From the NCBI RefSeq assembly GCF_009914755.1, contig NC_060939.1: 64,000 bases of DNA; one strand, given 5' to 3'. This DNA comes from the human T2T-CHM13v2.0 reference genome, Homo sapiens. Below, piece after piece: positions 48,579-64,000 of the stretch; position 1 is the stretch's first letter, and every line of letters begins with the position of its first letter. The notes beneath the pieces are model-generated. The model was not told where the DNA came from and made no database searches. It worked only from the letters and a program-made list of their open reading frames with translations. A program made the position numbers and the translations under genes.

Positions 48579-50779
48579 CTGGAGGGAGAAGAGCAAACAG
48601 TTTAGGGGTTGTCAAGTTCTTACAGATTACTGCTGAGAATTCCTCATAAAAGCTGTGTCCAGCAGGGCAGTGTGAAGTAGAAAGCCAGAATGAGGATCTG
48701 GATAATCAAGACCCCCTAATCTATCCATGAAAAAAAGTGGGGTGAGTGCAGGAGGGGCTGGATGTTCCAGCAGAGCCAAAGGATCAGTTCTCAACCTTAC
48801 ATTCCTTGGAAAGATACAACTACAGGAAACAACACGCAGACACTTCTTTCATACCATTTGCAAACCACGCACAAATTGTTGGTACACTATCGTCACCTGC
48901 CATACCCTAAATGTCAACAAATTATACAGGGGAAAGATAAAGCTGACATTACCTTTAGGCACCTGACAGGTAAATAATAAATCTTTTTCTCCCACAACAT
49001 CTCCACTGCTTTGTCCTTTCCCCGATTTGCTTTGGAGTCCATGGTCCCTGCGGCACCATCCAGGAACCCCCCTCCCCATTCTCTGTCCATTTCTCTGCCA
49101 GGGACAGCTGCGGAGGGGGCTGTATGGGCCTGAGATCAGTCTAATTCCTCCAGGTGCTCACAGATGTCACAGCTCCAGCTCTGACATTTCACACCTACAC
49201 TGAGAACAACATGCGATATGCACCCATCGTGGTGGGAACCCCTGTGGGCAGCCAATCAGTAAGCAAACAGCACTCCCTGCCAGGGTGAATGCAGAGCTGG
49301 CCCTGCCACAGAGAATGCTGCCACTTTCACTGTAACCCAGCTGTGGCCTCCCATGGGTGTGGGTTGTGACTACAGCATCATCTATTTGTAATGAAAACCC
49401 ATTAGAGGTAAATCCATGTGAGCCCTGGTCCCTGCAAAGCAGTCCTCTGCCCAGACCATGGCATGCAGGTTGCTGGGCAGGCAGTGGAAGAGGATCAGAT
49501 CCTCAGGGATCGGAAATCTACAGCCTCTATGGCAGGCTCAATTTTTTAATCACTCAAGCCATCTGGGGCCAAACTTTGGTGAATGAGGTAGCAGAGATAT
49601 GGATGGAAAACATCACTTAAGGGCAGAAGCAAGATCGGATCTGCAGTGACATAGCTGCTTGCTTTGCATGAGCTGACGGAACATTTCTATGTTAATGCCA
49701 TGCATGGCAGATGGACCCTGAAGCAAGGTCAAATTTGGTGGTTTGGGGGCCTTCTGAGATTCCAAAGCACATTGGTTCTTCTGGTCTAATTCTGCCTAAA
49801 TGGCCACACACAGTGTGTGGGGTGGATTCAGTAAGCCTTTAGCGCAGAAACTGGAGTGGGGCCACACACCTGTATCGTGGGGTCCTCCACACCTGGAGCC
49901 CCTGATGGCTGGGGACTGGTTCCTAGCATTGCCCACATCAGCGACCACGTTAGGGGCTTCTTCCACCTCACTGCCTGCCTGTCCCCCATGTGTGCTCTGG
50001 AGTCCCTGTGTGTGCCACCCACTGTGTGCTCTGGCGTCTCATTAAACTAAGTGTGGTCTCCTCGGTGAGCACAGATTTATGTGCAGGGGCCTACGTACCC
50101 AGAGAGAATGTGCCTCTATCCCCAAGCCTTAATCCCACATGGCTGGGGTGACTACTCTCCTGCATCTAAGCAGGAAGGCTGTTGATGAGTCCAAGTCTGT
50201 TCCAGAGGCTTCCTGCTTTCCAGCCTCCTCCCCACACCCACATCCACCTCTTCCTGCTCTGGAGCAGAGAGGGATGGACAGTGTGTGCCCAGCCCTGCTG
50301 AAGGTCCTCCCTCCCAACAGCAGTATGTGAGTGACAGAAAACCCAACACAAAGCCTACCTTGTCTGGATTTAAGAAGTCAAAAGGCTAGAGAGCGACATG
50401 GATATCCTGATAAGCACCTTATAAGAATAAGCTCTTGAAAAAGACTAGAAAGAAGTGCTCTAAAATAATAATAATGGGCAGGGCAAGGTGGCTCACATCT
50501 ATAATCTCAGTGCTTTCGGAGGCTGAGGCAGGAGGATCACTCGAGCCCAGGAAGTCAAGGCTGAAGTGAGCTGCACTCCAGCCTGGGTAACAGAGTGAGA
50601 CCCCATCTCAAGAAAAGAAAAAAGAAAAAGAAAAAAATAATAATGGTTGTGACAGGATGGTGGGAGTAAAAGGTTTTTATTTGTTTGTTTCTTTAATGTG
50701 GTAGAATACATAAGTGATAAATTTATTTTGATCTTAAAAAAAAAGCAAGTGCAATGTGACATACTAGATTTGTAGGTAA

Positions 50780-51593
<814 letters not shown>

Positions 51594-51659
51594 TGACTTC
51601 AGTTTATAGCTTTATGTTCAATACATGTTACATAAAAATAGACATCAAAAGTACTAAGC

Positions 51660-52142
51660 TGTGGGAGCCAGACTCCAAGTGAGTCCCAAATCATTCCAGC
51701 CTCTTGATAGTCACACTTTTCTATAGTCTCTTTCCTCTGTGTATCAGGGTTGTTCTGTGTGACCAACAGAATACAACAGGAGCAATGGACTGTCACCTCT
51801 GAGGCCAGGTCATGAAATATGGCATGGCCCTGCCTCTGCCCCTTCTTGTGGATCACTCGCTCTGGGAGAGGCCAGCTACCATGTTGTGAGCAGGTCCAAT
51901 GGTGAGGAACTGAGGCCTCCAGCCAAGAGCCACGTGAACAGGGCACCCTGGAAGTGAGTCTCCACCTTAGTCCAGCTGTCGGCAACCACAGCCCCGACCA
52001 ACATCTTCACACAACCTCACAAACCACCTGAGCCCGAACCACCCAATGGAGCCACTCCCAGATGCCTGACTCTCAGAAACCATGCGAGATAATTAAGCTG
52101 CTAAATTTGGGGGTAATTTTTTGGAGGAATAGATAACTAATA
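51660..52142 (+). mobile_element. MLT1E/F-type MaLR LTR
   Basis: tgtggg start, gaggaactgaggcctccagcc core, ctgctaaatttggggg...atagataactaat end. Confidence 0.7.
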
Positions 52143-52502
52143 AATAATATATAAAATAAACTGTAAATGATATGATTTTTAAAATTGTATTTTACAAGAT
52201 CTGTATCTTAACATTGTTCTTTATGACATAAGAATTGCTAAGCTCCTTAAATTGAAAGAAAGTCATTGACAGAATCTTACGCCCTCAATTTGGAAAAAAA
52301 AGAAACTATTTAAAAACTGGTTTCATTTACAAATAAGACTTTGAAATTATTTTCAATGGTTCATCATATTGGTTACATATAGTCTACTGTTTCAACTATT
52401 ACCAACTTTAAATCTACCCAAATTATGAAGTTCTATAATATGTAAGAGAGTTCTTTATGCTAAATCACATCCTTTGGAGAATGAGCAAAGTCACAAAGAT
52501 CA

Positions 52503-52874
<372 letters not shown>

Positions 52875-54275
52875 TTACCATTGCATCCTAGCAGCACTCC
52901 TTCTTTTAAGATCAGTAGAGGGTAGAGACAATACTGCCATTCTCTCTTTGTGTTTAAGACCCTACATTTTTCAAAGCAGTTTTATCTATGCATGTTGAGG
53001 GATTAACAACAAGACCACCTCATATTCATAAAGCACTACATAAAATTATTCCCTTTAAGGGCCACAGCTCTAAGAGGAGGGCAGGATGGGCAGGAGAGTG
53101 AGACCGCTATGCCCATTTAGCAGATGGGGAAACTGAGACTCAGAGAGGTTATCTGGTTAAGACAAGTTCATACAATCAACAGTGAACCAGGCTGGGGCTT
53201 CTAGTTCTCCTGCCTACCACTCTCTCATCACAACGAAAACTGACTTTACAAAACTGTTCCAACAGGACTATAAGGTACACCCTGCAGCTCTAGAGCTTGC
53301 CGTGTCTAGCTGACCCTGTGTGCCTAGCACTGGCCTGGACATGGCAGGTTCCTCATACACATGGCGCAGGAAAGAATGAACCAGCAAACTGCCAAGCAAG
53401 CTGTCTGCAAACTGCACACCTGTGAGTTTACTGAAAAACCTAGTGTCCACAGAAATCAATGCAATGTCCTAAAAGTCTGAATATATGATCCACTCACAGC
53501 ACCACCTACACCAGAAAGGAGATCCAAAAGTCAATCTCTCAGGGCTGGGACCACAGCTTCTTTCCTGAGGCCAAGGGCAGGCTTTCTAGGGGCTTGCAGA
53601 GAAGCTGAGACTGATGAGTCTGAGAGGGACAAGTTTGTAGGAAGTGGCTGGAAAGCCACAAAGACCAGCTGGTCCAGGCCCTTCATCATGCAGGGGAGGA
53701 CGCCAAGGTCTGCAGGGATCCCATGGCCACTCTCCACTTCCCTCTCTTGTTGGTAGCTATGTGAGAAGGAGAAGCCAGGGCTCTGAACTGTCCATCTACA
53801 TCTCCTTCCTTGAAACCTCCCAGCTGGCCTTTCTCCAGGTAGGTGAGGAGGGAAGAGGGCATTTTCAGGGGGAAACAGCCTACGCAAACAGACAGAGGAA
53901 CAGGGTGGGAAGAGGCAAGGCAGCTGCCCCTCATGTCTTCCCAGGGAGCTGCTGAGGCTTGACGGGGCCGTGGCCCATTTCCCTTCAAATGGAAGCCTGT
54001 GCCGAGAGGTGCCAACTCTGTGGTCTGAGTCCTATGACAGCAGCGTCCCTTCCTGGGAAATCCTTCCTCCCATCCTTCCCTCCCCAAAATGCTTCAGTGT
54101 GTATGTCCTAAAAACAATGAACTCTCTTAAATAACCAAAGTGTAATCATCAAAATTAGAAAATTAATGCTGAAACAACACTAATCTACAGACTTATTGAG
54201 ATACTGCCTATTGTCCAAATAATAACCTTCATAGCAAAAGAAAATCCACGATCATAGATTGCATTCAGTTGCATG

Positions 54276-54325
54276 TTTAGCCTCCAGTTATATTTAGCCT
54301 CCAGTTATATTTAGCCTCCAGTTAT
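54276..54325. repeat. 17-nt tandem repeat x3 (tttagcctccagttata)
   Basis: Read directly. Confidence 0.9.
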
Positions 54326-55175
54326 GTGGCTGCTTCTTGTAATGTGGTTTAATGCTTCCTTGAGATTAGCTTGGGTAAAACACATTTGGCAGGGACACAG
54401 AGATGGGGTGCTGAGTTAATGTCACTGCATCCCACCTGGGCACATGAGTCCCACTGCTGGTGGGGTCACCGGGGATCATCTGGTTAAGGGGACACCTGCC
54501 AGGTCTCTCCACTGGAGAGTTACCATTTTATCTTTTGTAATGAAAAGTGTCTTGTTAGGGAGGTACTCTGAGGCTATGTAAACATGTTACCCCTCAAACC
54601 TCAACGGCCTTATTTTAATTCCACTAATGATTCTGGCCTGAATGAGTGATTGTGATGATGGCTGGCAAGTGGTGATCTTTCTCACTCCATCCTTCCCTCT
54701 GCATTCATTAGTCAGCTTTCTAAGGAGGAGTTCTGCCTCCTCTCCCAGTTATTTATTTATTCATTCATTTACATTAGTAGAGACTCATGGGTTCTTACTT
54801 TATTCAAGAGGTTGTAATCCATTACTAATACTATTGACTTTGATCTTCAAATTGTCCCAGGTGATGGGGAGCCCCGTCAAGCAGGTTCCCATGACCTTCT
54901 GACATGTCCCCCTCATAGTCTGAGCACTTCTCATTCCAAGCTTCCGTTGTTCCTTCCCTGTCCTTGCTCTAAAATCAGCTGTTTCTCCATGGAACTAAAA
55001 GTTCCTTTTAGTTGCCTCATTTCCTTGTGATAAAAGAGCAAAGTTGCACATGGGCTAAAAGTCTTTGTGAAAACTCAAACTGTAAAAATACTTGCTAAAC
55101 TAGGCCAGGCACAGTGGCTCACGCCTGTAATCCCAGCACTTTGGGAGGCCAAGGTAGGTGGACTGCTTGAGCTCA

Positions 55176-55496
<321 letters not shown>

Positions 55497-55577
55497 TTAC
55501 TGCCACAAACAGCATATTCGTCTTTTACAAATACGTTCTTTACAAAATACATCGAATGAAGTTTAAAAATAGATTGA

Positions 55578-55793
<216 letters not shown>

Positions 55794-55811
55794 TAGACCA
55801 GGATGGTCTCA

Positions 55812-56125
<314 letters not shown>

Positions 56126-58427
56126 TGACCTCGTGATCAACCCACCTCCACCTCCCAAAGTGCTGGGATTACAGGAGTGAGCCACCGCGCCCAGCCATAT
56201 AGGCCTTTTATATAAGGCTCTATCGGCCCAGAGTTGTGAGCATATTGTATTTAGTATTTTACTTAGAAATTTTACATCAATATTATTGCTGCTTCCCCCA
56301 ATTCAGCATTAGGATAGCCATAGCTTTTTGATAATTTCCCTTTTAATAAAAAAGATGATTCACCCAACCAAAATAGGGCCCTCCTTACATAATGTGAATT
56401 TGAATAGATCCCAACTATTAATTATTTTTTCTCACTACATTTTTTCTTCCCACATGTAGATCACTGCCAACCCACTCCATCCTGTTTCTATCTGCCAAAT
56501 TTTGCATCCACTGAATTAAAACAAATTTTAAAAATTAAACATTAGGAAGTTAAAAAAAAAAAGACCTGGAAATGAGCTGAATATGTGCTGGGTATTATTT
56601 GTGTGAACTTGGTTCAGGACACATGTAGTTTCCCCTTTGCCTTCTGGAGGACCATTCCTCCAGGATTTAATTTTTTTTTTTAATGGTGAATATAACCAGC
56701 TGGTTTCTATAATAAGAATTTGCTAGAATATAATGGTAACCTGTTAAGAAATTCCACTAGCTCTAGGAAGACAGGAGTGCTGTCTTGTTTGATCTTCTTC
56801 AGAGGCAAAACTGGAGCAAAGCAGTTAAAAATCCAGGCTCTGGATTTGGGGGCTTGGGTCAAAGCCTGGCTCTGTCGCACACCAGCTGCACAACCTCGAG
56901 CAAATCATGTACTTTCTCGCCACCTCTCTTCCCCTGTGGGGTTGCGGGGACAACTATTCAAGCCTGGCATAAAGGGAACACTTCATAAGGGTTGGCTATG
57001 ACATTCTCCAGCATGGCGTACAGTGAGTACCCAGTAATATTTACTGAAGGAGTAAATGAAATGCTTAGTATTGATTAAACTTCAATCAACGGTAGCAATC
57101 CTAAGCAGCAGTCTTTGGTGGGCGAACAAAACAATGCCTCTTTGCCTTCTTTTTCTGTACCTCTCCCTATCCCTAATCCATCATCCCTACTTCAGCTGTC
57201 AAGCAACTCACCAATTTAACAGGGCACGCTCACTAGCACTGGGAGTGGGAGGCACACACAGGGTTTCAGACCTACTTTCTGATCCAAGGAGCTCACCAAC
57301 CTTTTTTTTTTTTTAAAGTTCCTTTTTTTTCTTTTCCCCCTCCTGGCCCTATCCTGTTCCCTGAGCAACTTGGATTTGGTCTTTACCACGCACAAACCCT
57401 TACGCCATTCAGATACAGCTCAAACTCTTTCCTAGTTCATTCCAGTTCAGTCTGTGCCAGCCTCTGGGACCATCCAGGTATATGAGAGTCAGTCCCTGAC
57501 CTCACTGTAGTTCAGAGTCAAGGGAAGAGATGGAGCCATAATGATGATTTCCATACAACGTGGGACTTGCTAAGCTAGATGTGTGGACACAAGAAGCTTC
57601 TGTCCCAGAGGGTGGGGCACTGCACTGGGTCTTTTGGGGTGGTATCTGAGCTCAGTCGAAAGGATAAAAAGGTGAGTCAGATGAGAGGAGGTCCTAGGTG
57701 GGTACGCTAAGCTGAGGAAATGGCAAAAGCAAAGGCCCAACAATAATACTGATGTAAAATTTTTACATCAATATTTTTTAGGGGTGGAATAAACAACCTG
57801 ATTGCAGAGTAAGGGGTAGGTGCAGGCAAGTAATGGCGCTGTACACCCATGACAGAGCTCATTTATCCCACCGTGACAGCAGCCTGCTGTCATCAGAAGA
57901 GTGGCATGGTCGGATCTGCCTTCTCATGACTATCTGTGGCTGCAGCGTTGGAGGACAGCGTCGATGGAGACAACACTGGAGGAGGGAAACCAGGGAAGAG
58001 ACTCCTCTTCTTTGGCAGCCCCCTCTCCAGCGGACACACCATCTGCCGCACCACGCTTCTTTGTGGTCCCTCCAAGGTCAGACTGGAACAGCCTAGAAAC
58101 TGCTCCCTGTCCCTGGATGTTCTCCTTCCCATGTCCAGGGAGAGGACGCTTGCCTCTGTGGCCTCCCTGCTCAGTTGGGTCCTCTGAAGCTTGAGATGCT
58201 GAATATTCTGGATGCCAGTCCAGACCAAGGAATCAGAATCAAAGTCATGGCTGGAACTCAAGAGGAAGTGTAGGCCAGTGAATGTTTGCTGCTTGAATGA
58301 TGGTTCCAGAATCTCTACTATGTGCCAAGAGCTGTGCCAGATGCTTGGGTACAGAAAAGAGTAAGACAGTCTCTGCTCTTACTGAGCTCACAGTCTGGAG
58401 GGGGCAGACAGGTCAGCACCCAGGTAA

Positions 58428-58724
<297 letters not shown>

Positions 58725-58727
58725 TGA

Positions 58728-58907
<180 letters not shown>

Positions 58908-59906
58908 TAGCTTCTTAATGTCTACTTTAGTCGCTGTTTTTTAGGAAAATGGCAGACAATGACCCAATCCATGGGAGTGTTGTGAGGTTCAACTGAGAAG
59001 GCAAATTAAAGTGCCTAACAGGCAGCTGGCAGGCCAGGAGTGGCAAATCTAGAGTTGGTGTACTAGGAGCTGCGAACTAGAAGACTGGAAACAACATGAC
59101 CCGGAGAGCAACGGGGCTTTTGAAATGGAGGAGCCATGAAAACTAGAGATCATGTTTAGAATAGCAGAGAAGGGGTGAATGAAAAGAGGGGTTGTGAATG
59201 GAGAGATGGTTTTGTCTTGATTGCCTTTTATAGAATTATAGAAGTAAATGCATATTCATTAAAAATAATCATAAAATAAAAATATATGGTCACTTACAAT
59301 TCTGCTTAGCCTGACCATTCTTATCATTTGGTGTGTACCCTTCCAGCCTTTCCTCCACATATGTGCACACACATATATATGTGTATAAGCAGACAACATG
59401 CCACATAAAATTTGGGGGACTACAGGCATGGGATTACAGGTGTGAGCTGCCACACCCAGCCTATCATTTTTAATGACTCCATAACATTCCACTGTATATA
59501 CATACTATAATCTCTGAATCTCCTACTGGTGGACACTTACTTTGTCCCAGGGCTACCATGATACCCTTGTACTGTATTATCTCCTTAGATAAATTTCAAT
59601 TCGTGGAATTACTGAGTCAAAGGGAAAGCATATTTTTTAAGGCTTTTGATGTATGTTACCAATATCCACCATTGATTGTGTGTCTCCTGGGTGACGGGCA
59701 CTGGGCTGAGTGCTTTACACAACAGCCTGAGGACAAAGGCTTTATCTCCATTTCTACAGATGAGGAGCCTGGAGCTCAGAGAGGCTAAGGACCTCATGCA
59801 CACATACTTGGATCCCTAAGAACATTTACATACCTTCAATAATGGGAGAATCTGTGGGCGGGTAGCTATCATTATTTAGAAAATCAAGGAGTAGGTGAGG
59901 CACTGA

Positions 59907-60389
<483 letters not shown>

Positions 60390-61403
60390 TGAATGACTCA
60401 ACAAGCAAGGACTGAGCACCTTTCGCAGGCTGGCCCTGTGCTGCGTGCCAGACTGAACATGATGGACGGGTCCCAACTGGATGGCACTTAGAGTTGGATA
60501 ACCATGTGGACCGGTAGTCTTCAAGCTCCCATTTTACCTGTAGAAGTCTCCCCCAACTGCCTCTGCTTTGGCTCATGGACAAAATCTTACCAGAAGTCCA
60601 ATACGGAAAACAGATGAAGGCAGAGCTGAGCTGGTGAACAGTGGAGGGAGGGTGACGGCCAGACAGGAAGGCACGTCTACCCCTAAGTTCCAAATATCAC
60701 ATCTACCCCTGGAGTCCAAACAGCAAGCGTGAAGGCCAGTGAGCCACATCAAGCCCCCTTGCTTCTCAGAAAAGGAAAATGGGGCCTGAGGGAAGAGCAC
60801 AGTTAACAAATTAAAGGTGAATGCATATCTCCTCGGAGCCTGCACCCTGCTCTGTAAAATGAGGGTATTAGAGAGTATCTCACAGGGCCTTGGAAATATA
60901 ATTCTGGCAAAAACTTAACTTTTCATCACGATGTGGCTTACTCTCAACTTTCAGGGAATACTTTTGTTATTTATTTTATAATCTGTGCATACATGAACTG
61001 AAAGCAAAAGATATGGTGTGCAGCTCAATACACAAGAATTCAAACCATGTAAATTTATAAAGTGAAAATTCACAACAGGGTCCTTCTCATTACATCATCA
61101 GGCAATGAAAAAACAAGGAACCAAAGCATGAACAAGCTCTAAAATATCCGTGAAAATAAATACTCTGAAACCGACTGCAAAGAAGACAAGCGAAATGTCT
61201 TAAATAGCAAAACAAAACTATTTAAAAAATGATCTGGAATCACTTTCAAATTTGCACTAATATATACAGTCTTTTCATGGCCACCTTTTGGTAGATTAAA
61301 GGAATCAAGGAGAAAAAAAATTTAATGCTAATTAAAAAAACTCATGTAGTCTGATTCTGTGCCAAAGTAGAATGGGATAGGATGGATACAAAACCCTCAA
61401 ACA

Positions 61404-61530
61404 GGCTGATCCGAGTGCAATGGTGTTTACTACTAATTGATTACAACCAGTTACAGATTTCTTTGTTTCTTCTCCACTCCCACTGCTTCACTTGACTAGC
61501 CTTAAAAAACAAAACAAACAAACAAAAAAA
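61404..61530 (+). pseudogene. Y3 RNA (RNY3) retropseudogene with A-rich tail
   Basis: 61404-61503 matches hY3 (GGCTGGTCCGAGTGCAGTGGTGTTTAC...CTTGACTAGCCTT) as recalled, with about 5 substitutions in 100 nt; A/CAAA tail; degenerate aaaaccc TSD. Confidence 0.93.
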
Positions 61531-61540
61531 CCCCACACAA

Positions 61541-64000
<2,460 letters not shown>

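Noticed and set aside
57833-58261. Cluster of overlapping 83-122 aa ORFs, possible processed pseudogene
   Set aside because: No protein family recognised, and no poly(A) tail or TSD.

Overview
Human genomic DNA, Alu-dense, placed at chr15q21.2 by gene identity. Two genes lie head-to-tail on the minus strand. The first is the complete two-exon anti-apoptotic gene BCL2L10 (Bcl-B/Nrh; CDS 11372-10884 + 8619-8494, 204 aa) inside a CpG island. The second is the 3' part of GNB5 (G-protein beta-5): ten coding exons from 52729 to the stop at 21407, all with GT-AG boundaries and a continuous frame; the 5' exons lie beyond the right edge, and tandem poly(A) signals suggest a 3' UTR reaching about 13.75 kb. 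The rest is repeats: about 40 Alus, L2/MIR/L1M fragments, Tigger and hAT MITEs, MaLR/ERV LTRs, an ERV-L pol remnant, a Y3 RNA retrocopy and the 5' end of an old L1PA. The strongest unexplained signals are splicing and 3'-UTR features: a tandemly duplicated 36-nt poison micro-exon followed directly by (UG)22/(UG)31 just upstream of GNB5 exon 8 (a TDP-43-type cryptic-exon layout), overlapping competing donors at exon 9, a diverged copy of the terminal-exon acceptor in intron 11, an open second frame across BCL2L10 exon 2, and a CPE overlapping the BCL2L10 poly(A) hexamer. GNB5 exon numbers follow my recollection of the 13-exon long isoform. Repeat subfamily names and boundaries are by eye and approximate.
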